DNA of 63,042 nucleotides, the filler included, from Folioceros fuciformis (taxonomy: Eukaryota): NCBI GenBank assembly GCA_049999805.1. It is 6 parts of 6 records of this genome, joined end to end, with 100 filler letters (N's around TTAATTAATTAA, not from the genome) between each part and the next. Parts side by side here need not be neighbours in the genome. Positions count along the whole stretch, not along the records: positions 10,938 to 24,559 come from JBNGIO010005215.1; 5 more parts are not named here. The stretch is one strand, 5' to 3'. The notes under the pieces are model-generated. The model had not been told where the DNA came from. It made no database searches and saw only the letters and a program-made list of their open reading frames with translations. The position numbers were made by a program, and so were the translations under genes. Shown here piece after piece: positions 10,938 to 23,043 of the stretch; position 1 is the stretch's first letter; every line of letters starts with the position of its first letter.

Positions 10938-13380
10938 CGTAATGTAGCCCTTGCAGACTTCACATCATCCACCACCATCCTCCTCGCCTCCTGCTCGTTT
11001 GCTTGAGGCTACAAGCACCCGCTTTTATCCCATTCCATGCACCCCACTCTCCTACCTCTGCCTCCCCGTCCACCTTCAATTCCCCTGGCCAGTCGGCCAC
11101 ACCAGGCCGCCCCAGCTCAACCAGCCGCAGCCAGCCTACCATGCGCCCACAAGCCGGCCTTCTACCACCTGCTTCTAGCCGCCTGCCAGAGGCTGCAAAG
11201 TGGCCTCCCTCCTTCCGGATCCGGCTAACCCGCCACCACATGGCCTGCCTCAGCCCTACCCCAGCCTGCCATGCCCAGAGCGCCCTGCCGACAGCCCACC
11301 TCCAGCGTCCCGCCTGGCCTGCTTGCACTGCTGGTTCGAATCTGGCCAGCCTACTTGGATCTAGCCAACCCCTTGCACCACGACCTTGGCCACAACTCAT
11401 CCAGCCCGCCGACTGGCCATGGTCCAGCCAGTTAGCCTGGTTGGCTGAATCCTCCGCTCCCTGACCTGCCTGGATCCAGCTGCGACTAGCTCGCCCAAAG
11501 GCCGCACACCGACCTTCCGTCCTCATAGATTTGGCCAAGCAACTAGCCCCCCCCAGATCCCGTTGAGCCAACCGCCAACTGGGACACTGGATCCCGTTGA
11601 GCCAACCGGGTACCTACTCTGGCAGCGCCCCCTGCTCCTCACCCTGCCGGCCAGGTTCTCCTCCAGCCAACCGGCCTGCACCAGGCGGCTGCCTAGTCGG
11701 ATCCACCTGCCGGCTGCTTGCTAGATCCACCCTAACGTCTTGCGGAACCCTCCAGTTAGGTCAGCCAGCCTCCTGCCTGCCCAGATCTAGTCGCCATCCG
11801 CTACTTGGGATCTCGAAGCCAGGCGGCTGCCTGGCTTTCGGATCCAGCGTCGGCTAGCCTGCTGGATTCACCCGCCAGCCAGGATTCCCTCCCTGGCCAA
11901 CCGCCGCCTTGATCCGCCTCAAACTCACTTGCCAGCCATCACAGCTTGGATTAGTTTGAGGCCCGCCTGGCCTGGATCTAGCGCCTGGACCATACTAGCC
12001 CAAAGTTTGGGCTATCTGCCTGGCCGCCTCCAGTTACAGCCAGGCCGGTCCCCTGGCTGGCTAAATCCAACTTGCCAGGCCTGCCAGCCTTCCCCGGCCA
12101 CTTGCTCGCCCAGGGCCGACTGGCCTGCCCACCCGCTGGGCTGCCTGGCGATCCGGCCAGCGCCTGCCTAGACGGATCCACCTGTAAGGTTGCCTTCAGC
12201 CGGCCTGCCATTTCGACCAGATCCGCCCCCTATAGCCTGGCTTCTTCGGCAACAACTTAGCCAGCCCACCAATCTGGCCATGGTCCAGCCAGTCAGCCTG
12301 GCTGCCTGGATCCTCCGTCCCCCAGAGGCCGCGAACCGGCCTCCTACCTTTCGGATCCGGCCAGGCAGCTAGCTTGCCCGCTTAGAAGCCGGAGGCCAGC
12401 CTGCCTGGGTGCTTGAGTTCCTACAACCACGCCGTTGCCTGGCTTCCGAATCCAGCCACGACTAGCTTGGATCCGACACCGCTCCCAGGCCTGGATGCAG
12501 CGCCGCCACTGGACTGCCGTGAACCCGCCGCCAATGTGGCCAGCCAACCAACCAGCAAGCTTGGCACCCAAGTCAACTCGCCTACCTACATGCTGGCCCC
12601 TGGATCCATTCGAGTCCGCAGCCGGATCCAACTCCGGCCCGCCATGCATGCGGATCCGCCTACTAGCTAGGTCCATCTTCTGGCTTGGGCTCCACCGATC
12701 TAGGCCTGGATCCACCAGCCAACCAGCATCCAGCCCATCAGTCGCCTGTGACAGGCCGGATTCGCCTGCCAGCCTGCCATGACCAAGCCACTTGCCCAGC
12801 CGAATGGATCTGCTGCCTAGTTTCGCCAGCACCCTACCGACCAGCTTAGATGGCTCTTGCTTCGATCCACCTGCCTAGCTGCAAGCTTAGATCTGTTGCC
12901 AGGTCGCCCCGCTGATCCAGCTAGGCCTGCCTGTCGATCCGGCCTCTTGGCTTATTAGATCCGCCAACCCATCTTCCCCCCATCCTGCTAGCCAGCCGCC
13001 GCAGCCCATCTTGCCGACGCCTGATCTTGCTAGGCCTCCTGGAGCCTGCCAGCCACGCGCCCTCCAGCCCTGACTAGCGCCTGCCAGGAGCCTGCCACCG
13101 ACCCGCCTGGCTGCTACCTGCTTGGAGCTGCCATCGCCAGCCGGCCTACCTGATCTCCAGCAGCTGGGCCTAGCCTGCATTAGGCCTCCCCGGATCCGCC
13201 AGTTGCCTGCTCTCAGGATCCTCAGCCCCCCGGCGCACTTGGGCTAGGCCATGGCAAGTCTAAGCACGGCACCCACACGCCTATGCCCAACCCCTTTCGC
13301 ACACTCCCGAGGCCACAACTTGCCCTCACACGCCCGACTTAGGGCTCCACACACGCCGGCATCCCTCTCCACGGGCACAC
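10938..13380. repeat. GC-rich degenerate repeat (GGATCC / GCCAGCC / GCCTGCC motifs), C-rich on + strand
   Basis: Internal duplication 11401-11460 vs 12261-12320; the last ~170 bp match 24973-25131. Confidence 0.75.
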
Positions 13381-13773
13381 TAAGAAAAATAAGGAATGCT
13401 AGAAACGTGTCAAGGCAGCTTGACATCGTGTGTGCAATAGCCAGCAAGCAATAAGGAATAACAAAATAATGAATTGGATAAACGTCAATGAACATAGAGT
13501 TTTATATAGTTTAAACCTAATACACCTAGGTTAACATTAATATACTTAACGTATATTTTTCATACTCCCACATAACCTAGGTAGTATTTAAGAACTGAAT
13601 AAAACGTGCATCACGTGAAACAGTGAGCATTATGCTTTTGAAAAAAGAATGGGAAGCTCAAACAACGGGGTCTTCCACTCGCAGAGAGTAGTGCCAACAC
13701 CATGTCTCAACTACTTGCCGTCATCGCACTCGTAATAACTGTGTTCTGTATCATCATCTAGTGGCAAGAGTCG

Positions 13774-14208
13774 ATGACGACGAGAAGCGGAGCGAACTGC
13801 CAGCCTGTAGAGGGTGAGGAGCCGAGCGCCAGAGAAGGAGGCAGAAGGAAGAAGTCTGCGCTTAGGGGAGAGCGGCGCAAGCCCATGGAATGGAAACCTT
13901 TCAACCTGCAGCACTATTTGAGGAGCTGCGACCGGGAAGTGGAGCTGGCGGTAAGTGTTACTGTGAGGAAGACCTCAGAGACTAACAGGCGCAACTTGCC
14001 AACTGTGAAGGAAGAGGTGGTTGACCTAGGAGACATTCCTGCAGTGGACCCTCTCAGGGGCGTGAGAGTGCGACGGCGTGAAGTGGTCAACACTCCACTG
14101 CCCGCCGAAGATGGGGAAGAGGAAAAGGTTCCTGCTGAAGTTGTAAAGCTATCTCAGGAGATGTTCAGGCTTTCACAGAGAGACAAAGGGAAAAGGACGC
14201 AAGGTTAG
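13774..14208 (+). CDS. Antisense ORF (144 aa, charged) in the 3' region of element 3, function unknown
   Basis: Open frame between pol stop (14421) and 3' LTR; basic cluster GGRRKKSALRGERRK. Confidence 0.4.
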   Translation: MTTRSGANCQPVEGEEPSAREGGRRKKSALRGERRKPMEWKPFNLQHYLRSCDREVELAVSVTVRKTSETNRRNLPTVKEEVVDLGDIPAVDPLRGVRVRRREVVNTPLPAEDGEEEKVPAEVVKLSQEMFRLSQRDKGKRTQG

Positions 14209-17200
14209 GTAAGGCCATGTTCCTTTTACTGTGTGCCAAAAGCAGGAGGGTAATGACTGACATGTAGATTGTGTTTGTGTGTATCGTAGGACACAAGTAG
14301 ATAGGAAGTGTAGGAAAGTCTGTCAGTTGAGGCTGCAATCTGTAAAACCTAAATTATAAGGGGGTTTTTGAGATCAGAGGACATAGGCTCTCACCCCTCC
14401 CACACACTCCATGTCAGTTGTTACCTTCCAAGTAGGTGGCTGAAGTCTTGAAGTCCAAGCGATTCCATGTGCAATCTGTGCTTCAGCTTAGGCAGCGCTT
14501 TTGTCAAGATATCGGCTGTGTTCTCAGCAGTGGGAACATATGCCAATTGGATAACTCCTCTTGCAACTGTGTCTCTAATATAATGGTGCTTGATCTCGAA
14601 GTGTTTCGTCCTTGCATGAAATCTTGGATTGGCGACCAAGGCAATTGCGGAAATGTTGTCACAGCGGAGGATTGTGGGTTCCAGCTGCTCAACATGAAGA
14701 TCCTTAAGATAAGCACGCTCCCACTCAGCCTCCTTTGCAGAATGAATAAGAGAGATGTATTCTGCTTCAGTGGAAGACAACGCAATTGACTGCTGTTTCT
14801 TGCAAGACCAACTGGTTCACTGCAGCACCAGCTAATAGGAAGCAGTATGTGGAAAGACTCTTCCTAGAGTCAGAGTCTGAAGCCCAATTAGCGTCCGTGT
14901 ATGCAGATAATTGAAGACCTGAAGGTGACCCAACTTGATAGAAGAGTCCAATTGTCATGGAACCCTTGAGATAGCGGTAAATCCGCTTCACAGCTGCCCA
15001 ATGCACACGTCCAGGCTTCCCCATGAATTGAGATACAGCACTAACTAAGTATGAGATGTCTAGCCTGGTCCTATTAGAAATGAAGATTAAGTAGCCTACT
15101 GCATGCCTGTAAGGTACGTTCTCCATATCAGCAATCTCCATAACAGCAATCAGCAGATGTGGCACATTGGTCCACAGTTAACTTGACTCCCACAGAGCCT
15201 GGTGTCGAAACTAGACGTGCTTGATCAAGTTGAAACCTCTTTAGAATCTCAGCCAGGTATTTCTTTTGATGAATCACGATCAGACCTGCGTCTCTGTGAC
15301 GTAGAACCTGAACACCTAGGCAGAATTTTAACTCTCCCACATCCTTCATCTCAAACTTAGTGCTAAGGAGATTTTTAAGGGTGGCTAAGATGGATGTGTC
15401 TGTGCAGGCAAAGATACAATCATCTACATAAATGGCTAAGATGCAAAAGGCTGAACCATCTACAAGGTAGTATATAGAAGAGTTTGCAGCACTTTGAACA
15501 AAACCGAGCTTCTTGAGATGAGTATCCAACCTTTTGTTCCAAAGCATGGTGCTTTGCTTTAAGCCTTAGAGGGCCTTAAGGAGTTTAAGTAACTTGTTGG
15601 GCCATTGCTTGTGAACATAACCTTGTGGCTGCTCCATGTATATCTCCTCTTCAATTTCACCATGTAAAAATGTTGTACAAACGTCCATTTGGTGCAGTTC
15701 TAAGTTGAGCTCAGCAGCAAGAGCAAGGATAATTCTAATACTCTAAGCTCTGACTACAGGAGAAAAAGTCTCCTGGTAGTCAAGGCCAGCAACTTGACTG
15801 AATCCACGAGCACAAAGTCGAGCCTTGTAGCGGGCGATTTCACCATCAGCATTCACCTTTGTTTTAAAAACCCATTTGCAGCTAACTGGTTTCCTCCCTT
15901 CTGGCAAGTCTGTAAGTATCCAAGTATTGTTCTTAATGATGGATTAATATTCCTCCTCTACTGCAGCTTGCTAGTGATGAGCATCAGGTCCAGAATAAGC
16001 TTCATCCATAGAGGCAGGTTCAAGATGGAGAGGAGCACTTCCAGGGATTGCTATATGAGCTGAGGGTTTATGCCGAAAATCAAAAGACTCATAAGGTGGC
16101 TCCTGCTAGTGATCCCAAGGAATTCGGGCTCGCAAAGTATAACGAGGAAGAGGCGCAGCCTCGACAAATAGTAAGGCCTCCTCCTCAGAATCTATAGTAG
16201 TAACTTGGGATTCTTGAAGCGTAGGTAGGTTAGGTTGCAAGTCATTGTCTAATGGTGGGATTGGATATGGAATTGCATCAACATGCTCATCAATAAGATC
16301 AGGAGGGTGATCAAAAGGGTCAGGATGGTCTAGTGGATCTGGAAGTTGCACATAAGGTAGCTGATCGGGTGCAGGATCAGCAGTGCTGGGAAAGGTAGTT
16401 TGAGGAGTGGCAAATATGTCTGTTGTGGATGATTCGTCATTTGATATATCAGAATCAGAAGAAGGGTGAATGCCTGCGTCTTGGGAAACTGAGGTCAACA
16501 GCTCCTTAAAGACAACACTCCTAGCAAGAACAGGGGTAAGAGATGCAGGGTCAATCAGTTTGTATGCCTTGGCTTCATCCCCATAACCTACAAAAATCAA
16601 AGCTCGTGATCTATGATCAAGTTTCTGACGCTTCTTAGGTGGGATGTAGGCGTGTGCAGGAGAACCGAATACCCTGAAGTGCATGATACTGGGCTTACGT
16701 CCCCAAAACATCTCAAAAGGAGTTTTACCTAGAAGGGAAGTTGTGAGAAGGCGGTTGAGGATGTAAGTGGCTGTGGTGAGGGCCTCTACCCAGTACTCTA
16801 TTGGAAGTGAAGCCCAACTAAGCATGCTACGGGTCATGCCCATAAGGGTTTGATTCTTTCTTTCAGCAACCCCATTCTGCTGGGGAGTGTAAGCAACTGT
16901 CAGTTGTTGTAAGACACCATGATCTTGGAGAAAGACATCAAAGGTATTGTTGCAGAACTCTGTTCCATTGTCAGTACGTAAGCATTTGAGAAAACAGCCA
17001 GACTATCTTTGAGCCATGAAGAACCACTCTTTAAAACAGGGAAAGGTCTCACTTTTACGAGACATAGTATACGTCCAGGTAAAACGAATAAAATCATTTG
17101 TTATTGTAAGGTAGTATAAAGCTCCTCCTAAGGATTGTGTTTGCAGTTTACCAGAGATGTCGGCATGCACTAGATCTAACAGCCCTAAAGTTCTGTAGGC

Positions 17201-17614
17201 ATGTTGTGGAAACAACTTCTCCTTTTGTTTGGCCAACAAACATGCTTCGCATATGGGTAAGTCCTTAAAGCAAGAAGGTAGAGGCTCAACATAGCAGTCG
17301 TGTGTCGACATCTTAATGAGTGAAGTTTTATTGACATGTCCAAGGCGGGCATGCCATAACTTGGCTTGTTCGCTGGCAGGTAGATATGCTGGTGAAGTTG
17401 ATGTAATTATTGGTGCTGGAGATGAAGTCTCGCAGATCACATCCAAACGATATAGCTCCGAATCGGGGACACCTCGACCAATATACTGCTCAGATGAGGT
17501 ACGTCGAAAAACTTCATATGTGGTGCCATGAAAACGAAACTCCAGATTGTGATGAATCGCCAAGAGCCTAACTGACAGCAGATTTTTGGCCATGCGAGGA
17601 ACATACAGTACGCC

Positions 17615-17809
17615 TGTACACAATATAGCAATATATGAAAACAACATCCTTGTAAGAAGAAAAGGAAGTGAATTAAACAAAGTACAACACATGAACACAT
17701 ATATAGTCTTGGCAGTTATAACCGCCTTTGAAGAGTGCCCTAATTCTTTAAAGGGTGCCCTAACTAATACTAGCACAATGTATATTAAATAGGACTTATT
17801 TTTCTAACA
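17615..17809 (-). repeat. 3' LTR of element 4
   Basis: Direct repeat of 23682-23876; adjacent PPT TGAGTGGGAG at 17810-17819 (minus strand). Confidence 0.95.
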
Positions 17810-17943
17810 CTCCCACTCATTGTCTAGTAATTAATAACATAAATACGCTCCTCGTAAACTCCAGAACGGCAAGTACACACAGCGTAACACATCCCGTTAA
17901 GCGCACATATCCCGTTACGCTCGTTACACACCACACGCTCCAC

Positions 17944-18466
17944 TTGAGAAAGCAACACTGCGAGGACGACACTGCTCAGTTGCAGAAGCCCAGGAAGATG
18001 GCGAATACTCCCGCAGAGGGTTCCAAGCGTGCTTCGATCTACATCTCAGACACAGATGAGCCTCAAATCGCCAAGCATATGGCAACACACCTGGGGATCT
18101 CAGCGCCTTCAGAAACCCCAGCATCAGCTCTGCAGAACACACGCGTTCATTCAGCCACAACCTCCAAGGTATGCGTGTGTCCTGACAGTCCACCCTTCAG
18201 CCCTGTGCTCTACCATCTGTCAAAGTGGACGGAAGCATGTGTTGGTGCCTGTAGACTTCAAGCCGAGACTCTACATCCTTCCCATAGGACATCCAACAAG
18301 GACAGTCAAGCTGATATCAGATGGAAATGGAATTGACGATCCTGAGACTCCGCTGGGTTTTGTATGCTGTGTGACGGAGATTGCAATGGTGAGGAACAGA
18401 TGCTACAGGTGGGGAGGACTGGACGAAAACTTCATCTCCTATTACGGTCAGTATCATCTCATCTAG
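17944..18466 (+). CDS. Overlapping antisense ORFs (17944-18336, 18029-18466) in the 3' region of element 4, function unknown
   Basis: Occupy most of the 0.8-kb pol-LTR interval; may be joined by a frameshift or splice. Confidence 0.35.
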
Positions 18467-18617
18467 CATCTCTGAATTTTTCTCCCACTGTTGTTGTGGT
18501 TCGAGACATGCTGATGACCTAACAACACTGAAGGAAAGAAGTAGATTTGTAAGTGAGTAATCTTCTGACTCTGACACAGGTGCTTAGCCTAGCTGAACAG
18601 TGACTGCAAAGTGAGAT

Positions 18618-21600
18618 TTAGATACTAGAAGAAACTGTTTGAGTGGAGTCCAAGACTCCAAGAGACTCTCGAAATAGGTAATGTTTCACCCTCCCCAAAG
18701 CTTTGGTTAAAATATCAGCTGGATTGGAATCTGTTGAAATATACTCCAGCTCAATTTGCTTGGTTGCCACTGCATCTCTGATAAAATGATGATGGACTTC
18801 AACATGCTTGGTACGGGCATGAAAGACTGGATTTTGTGCAAGTGTAAGGGCTGACTGGTTATCACAGAAAATCTTAGTGGGTTGTGTCTGCTCTTGTCCC
18901 AAGTCTTTTAGCAACCGACGCAGCCATATTCCCTCCTTAGCTGCTTGTGTGAGAGCAGCATACTCTGCCTCAGTCGATGACAAGGAGACAGTTGGTTGTT
19001 TCTTTGATGACCAGGTCACCACACCACCAGCAAGCATAAAAGCATAAGCCGACACAGACTTGCGCGTGTCGGGATCTGATGCCCAATCAGCATCACAGTA
19101 ACCCACAAGAGTAAGTGGCTGTCCATCAAAAGCTTGTCTTGTGTAATGAATTCCATACTTGCTCGTCCCTTTAAGATATCTCAAAATGCGTTTTGCTGCA
19201 GACCAGTGAACCTGTCCAGGCTCCTTTAAAAACTGTGACGTCATGCTGACTGGAAGGGAAATGTCCGGCCTTGTATGATTGGAACAGAAGATCAACGAAC
19301 CAATAGCTTGTGAATATGGTACGGACTTCATCTCTTCTACCTCAGCAGAAGTTTGAGGAGACTGGTTCTTCAACAATTTGCAGCCAGCCTCCATAGGGGT
19401 CGCAGCAGGCTTTGCATCAAGTAGCTTGTACTTGTACAACATGTCAAATATGTATTTTTCTTGATGAATAATGAGAGTGCCAGTATCTGGAATGCGTAAC
19501 AACTGCGTACCCAAACAGTAAGACAGCTCACCAATATCAACCATATCAAATCTTTCTGACAGCTGCACTTTAACTTTCTGTATACTTGACAGGTCAGTGC
19601 CAAGAAGAATACAATCGTCAACGTAAAGGGCGAGTATAACAAAAGAAGACTTATCACGATAAGTATACACATTAGAATCTGCAGTGGACGTAACAAAGCC
19701 CAAATCAAGTAAGTATTCATCAATACACTGATACCAGGCTCGTGGACTCTGCTTGAGGCCGTAGAGAGTTTTAAGAAGGTGGCAAACCCAATCTAGTTTG
19801 CCAGCAACCTCATGACCTTCAGGCTGTTGCATATAGATGTCTTCCTCTAACTGTCCATGAAGGAACGTCGTTTTAACATCCATCTGGTGGATGATGAGTG
19901 AGAAAAATGCAGATAAAGCAAACAATACACGAAGAGACTGCGCCTTCACAACAGGTGAAAAAGTGTCGTGGTAGTCCAGGCCAGGGACTTGAGAAAAGCC
20001 CCGTGCAACGAGCCGGGCCTTATAGCGTGCAATGGAACCATCAGCCCGATATTTGAGTTTGAAGACCCACTTAGAGGTCACAATCTTCCTCCCCTGAGGG
20101 GGTCTGCAAAGCTCCCAGGTATGATTTGAAACCAAGGAGTCATATTCCGATTTGATAGCAGCTTTCCAGTGAACAGCATCAGGACCTGAAATAGTTTCCT
20201 GATAACTTTGAGGTTCATAGCCAGGATTAACTGTTACTTGAGCAGAATGTGAAGGTAAATCTGTCAAGGAACTCAAAGAAGCGCTGCTGTAAGGAGGTTC
20301 CAGCCACTGATCACGGGAACGATGAACATGTGCAGAACGTCGAGGGCCAGGCTCGGGCGCAGGAGGAGGCAAAACATACTCAACAGGATCATCTCCAGAA
20401 TCCTCAGTAAGATCATCTCCAGACTGCTCAACAGGTTCATCTGCAGACTCCTCAACAGGATCAAAACGTAGAACCTGTGTGCCAGGATCTGCAGCATCAA
20501 TTGTAGGCACAACATCACCATCATCCAGAGGAAGAGGATTCATATCCTGTGGAATGTGTAGGGGAATGGATTCCGCAGAAGGAAAGGAAGCATCATCAGC
20601 TGGAAACTCAACATAATCCATAGTGGACAAGTCAGAAGGATCAGCATCAGGAGGAGAAGCAAGAGGATCAGCCGAAAGATCGGGCGTAGGAGCAACTTCA
20701 GTTGTAGGAGGAGGCTCCATAACCTTACGCTCATCAAACACAACTGTGCGAGCATGAGTAACTTTCCTGGTGAGTGGGTTAAACAACTTATAGCCGTGAA
20801 TGCCAGCAGTATACCCAATAAAAATATGTCTCTTAGACTTGAAGTCAAACTTACGACGAAGTTTATCAGGAATATGAGCATATGCAGGACACCCAAGAAT
20901 GCGAAGATGAGAAACATCAGGCTTCACTCCAGTCCAGGCTTCAAAAGGTGTACAACCTTTCAATGAAGACACAACTGTCCGATTCTGTAAGTAAGTAGCA
21001 GCTTGTACAGCTTCTGCCCAAAATTTCACTGGTAATCTCCCCTGGAAAAGCATAGCTCTAGCTGCATCCTGAATAGTCCGATGACGCCTTTCAGCACGAC
21101 CATTCATATCTGAATGGTATGGAATAGTAACTTGCCTAGTGATTCCACGTGCCTGACAGAACTCTTGAAATGCTGTGGACAGATACTCCTTCCCATTGTC
21201 GGAGCGGATACATTTAAGTTTAAAACCCGTCTGACGTTCAGCATAAGCTAGATAGCGTTTAAAGCTATCAAAAACATCACTCTTAAGCTTCAAAAGCTCA
21301 GTGACTGTAAAATGAGTTCTGTCATCCTCAAATACCACAAAATAACGAGCACCTCCCCAGCTAGGTACTGACATAGGCCCACAGATGTCAGTGTGAAAGA
21401 GATCTAATACCTCTGTGGCCTTCCTAGGTTTACCAGAACCAAAGTGTGATTTAAATTGCTTGCCATGAACACAAGCTACACAAAGTTCTAAGTCAGGTAA
21501 TTCTGCTTCTGTAAATCCTGTCACCATTTTCTCCTTTAATAACCTACGCATGGCTTGAATATTGGGATGACCCAAGCGGCAATGCCACTGAAAAGCTTGT

Positions 21601-22649
21601 ACAGACTTTGAAGACTTTGCTGAAGCTACATGAACTGTAGGACGTGAAGGGGCTGATACAAAATCTAAAAGATAGAGATCATATAGTGGCGTTCCCCTTG
21701 CTACCACACAAGTAGGGGCATCAACTCTGGTAATTGCACACTCTAAACCTTCGAAAGCAATCTTATAAAGGCCTGTTTTCCCAAGTGCCATAGTACTTAC
21801 CAGATTTTTCTTTAAGGCTGGAACATGAAGAGTATTCTCTAACTCCCATGAATTCCCATTTTGCAGGATAACTGATACTGAACCAATCCCTTTAATGGGT
21901 ATATTCGAATTATCTCCTAACACCACTGCATGATGACTAGGAACAGGCTGGTATGTAACAAAAGCCTTGCGTGAAGCACACATATGGTTGGAGGCTCCAC
22001 TATCAAGAAACCACAAATTCTCATCTTTTGAAACAGAGGTAAGACACATTACTAATAGGCCAGGAGTAGAAGTCCTAGCAATATGTGTCTCTGAAGTTTG
22101 TTTTCCCCTGCCAGATTCATCAGCCTTTTTCTTTCTACAGTCTCTGATCCAGTGACCAGGCTTACTGCAATAATTACATACTCCAGGTTTCTTGCCTTGT
22201 TGTGCGTTGTTGGAATTTTGATCAGCATTAGACGTTTGTCCTCTGCCTCTACCAAAATATCCTCGCCCACGTCCTCGAGCTCTGCCGCGGCCTCTACCAC
22301 GACCAGAGAAGAGAGCTACATCACTCTGTTTGTGAGAACTGCTTGAACCACCCTTGTTCATAATCTTCCTGTTGGTCTCTGCTTGCAGGAGAGCACCAAC
22401 CAGCTTCTGAACTGTAAGGGAAGAGGTTGCAGGCTGTGTAGCTGTAGCTGGAGTAATTACTGCTGCTGATTGTTGGCTTACACTCCACTGTTCATAACTA
22501 GGAGGTAAAGAGGCCAACAGCTGAATTGCTGCTTTAGATTCAGAGATAATAGTACCACATGCTGCCAATTTGGCTCTTGCTGCCCTAAATTTGGCTATGT
22601 GACTCTCAACTGAATCAGTCTCCTTCATACGGAGATTCTGAAAATGCAA
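18618..22649 (-). CDS. Copia gag(C-part)-pol polyprotein, 1343 aa, uninterrupted
   Basis: CNYCSKPGHWIRDC knuckle; WFLDSGAS; HHCC; D-D-E (HTDICGP, RSDNG, GRAER); QMDVKTTFL, LYVDD; CDADW, TEAEY, CDNQS, ADILTK. Confidence 0.97.
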   Translation of the reverse strand: MHFQNLRMKETDSVESHIAKFRAARAKLAACGTIISESKAAIQLLASLPPSYEQWSVSQQSAAVITPATATQPATSSLTVQKLVGALLQAETNRKIMNKGGSSSSHKQSDVALFSGRGRGRGRARGRGRGYFGRGRGQTSNADQNSNNAQQGKKPGVCNYCSKPGHWIRDCRKKKADESGRGKQTSETHIARTSTPGLLVMCLTSVSKDENLWFLDSGASNHMCASRKAFVTYQPVPSHHAVVLGDNSNIPIKGIGSVSVILQNGNSWELENTLHVPALKKNLVSTMALGKTGLYKIAFEGLECAITRVDAPTCVVARGTPLYDLYLLDFVSAPSRPTVHVASAKSSKSVQAFQWHCRLGHPNIQAMRRLLKEKMVTGFTEAELPDLELCVACVHGKQFKSHFGSGKPRKATEVLDLFHTDICGPMSVPSWGGARYFVVFEDDRTHFTVTELLKLKSDVFDSFKRYLAYAERQTGFKLKCIRSDNGKEYLSTAFQEFCQARGITRQVTIPYHSDMNGRAERRHRTIQDAARAMLFQGRLPVKFWAEAVQAATYLQNRTVVSSLKGCTPFEAWTGVKPDVSHLRILGCPAYAHIPDKLRRKFDFKSKRHIFIGYTAGIHGYKLFNPLTRKVTHARTVVFDERKVMEPPPTTEVAPTPDLSADPLASPPDADPSDLSTMDYVEFPADDASFPSAESIPLHIPQDMNPLPLDDGDVVPTIDAADPGTQVLRFDPVEESADEPVEQSGDDLTEDSGDDPVEYVLPPPAPEPGPRRSAHVHRSRDQWLEPPYSSASLSSLTDLPSHSAQVTVNPGYEPQSYQETISGPDAVHWKAAIKSEYDSLVSNHTWELCRPPQGRKIVTSKWVFKLKYRADGSIARYKARLVARGFSQVPGLDYHDTFSPVVKAQSLRVLFALSAFFSLIIHQMDVKTTFLHGQLEEDIYMQQPEGHEVAGKLDWVCHLLKTLYGLKQSPRAWYQCIDEYLLDLGFVTSTADSNVYTYRDKSSFVILALYVDDCILLGTDLSSIQKVKVQLSERFDMVDIGELSYCLGTQLLRIPDTGTLIIHQEKYIFDMLYKYKLLDAKPAATPMEAGCKLLKNQSPQTSAEVEEMKSVPYSQAIGSLIFCSNHTRPDISLPVSMTSQFLKEPGQVHWSAAKRILRYLKGTSKYGIHYTRQAFDGQPLTLVGYCDADWASDPDTRKSVSAYAFMLAGGVVTWSSKKQPTVSLSSTEAEYAALTQAAKEGIWLRRLLKDLGQEQTQPTKIFCDNQSALTLAQNPVFHARTKHVEVHHHFIRDAVATKQIELEYISTDSNPADILTKALGRVKHYLFRESLGVLDSTQTVSSSI

Positions 22650-23020
22650 AGTTGCAGCAACATGACGTCCTTGGATTCATATGTTTCAGCAAACGTTGAC
22701 TAGATTTCGCTTGAAAGTCTGGCAAGCTTAATGTGTGGTATCATCTCTGGCGATATAGTTGAAACCAAAATTGCCTTAGCCTTCTTGTCTGACTTATGCC
22801 AAAGGTCATCCTCTTTGTGAGTCCAGTTAACAGGAGTACTGCCTCCAGGTGACATAACACCTGAAGGCTTGCCGGCCACACGCTCTGGATTTGTCCCATC
22901 AACAATATCCATCAATTGTTTATCTTCCAAAATAGTTTTGACTCTAAAACTCCAGTGATCATAATTGGAGGAGGTGAGTCTATCCTTCTCCAACAGTCGA
23001 TCAGACGCATCTGTCGACAT
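22650..23020 (-). pseudogene. N-terminal gag of element 4, separated from the rest by a TGG>TAG stop (22700) and a small frameshift
   Basis: MSTDASDRLLEKDRLTSSNYDHWSFRVKTILEDKQLMDIVDG is a typical copia gag N-terminus. Confidence 0.85.
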
Positions 23021-23043
23021 GATACACTGTTCTTATTTATGCC

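Noticed and set aside
10951-13180. Many P/A/S/R/G-rich ORFs in the GC-rich region (also 24691-25095)
   Set aside because: Stop-poor low-complexity DNA, open in several frames, with no motifs.
17003-17776. ORF with hydrophobic N-terminus (MLVLVRAPFKELG...), also 23622-23843
   Set aside because: Read-through from the element-4 LTR into the host protease; the N-terminus is LTR sequence.
18501-18540. Hammerhead ribozyme-like CTGATGA with nearby CGAGAC and GGAAA
   Set aside because: No valid stem II closing pair, GAAA core altered, and no room for stems I and III.
19370-22346. Leu-rich alternate-frame and antisense ORFs inside gag-pol
   Set aside because: Expected shadows of codon bias in the main frame.
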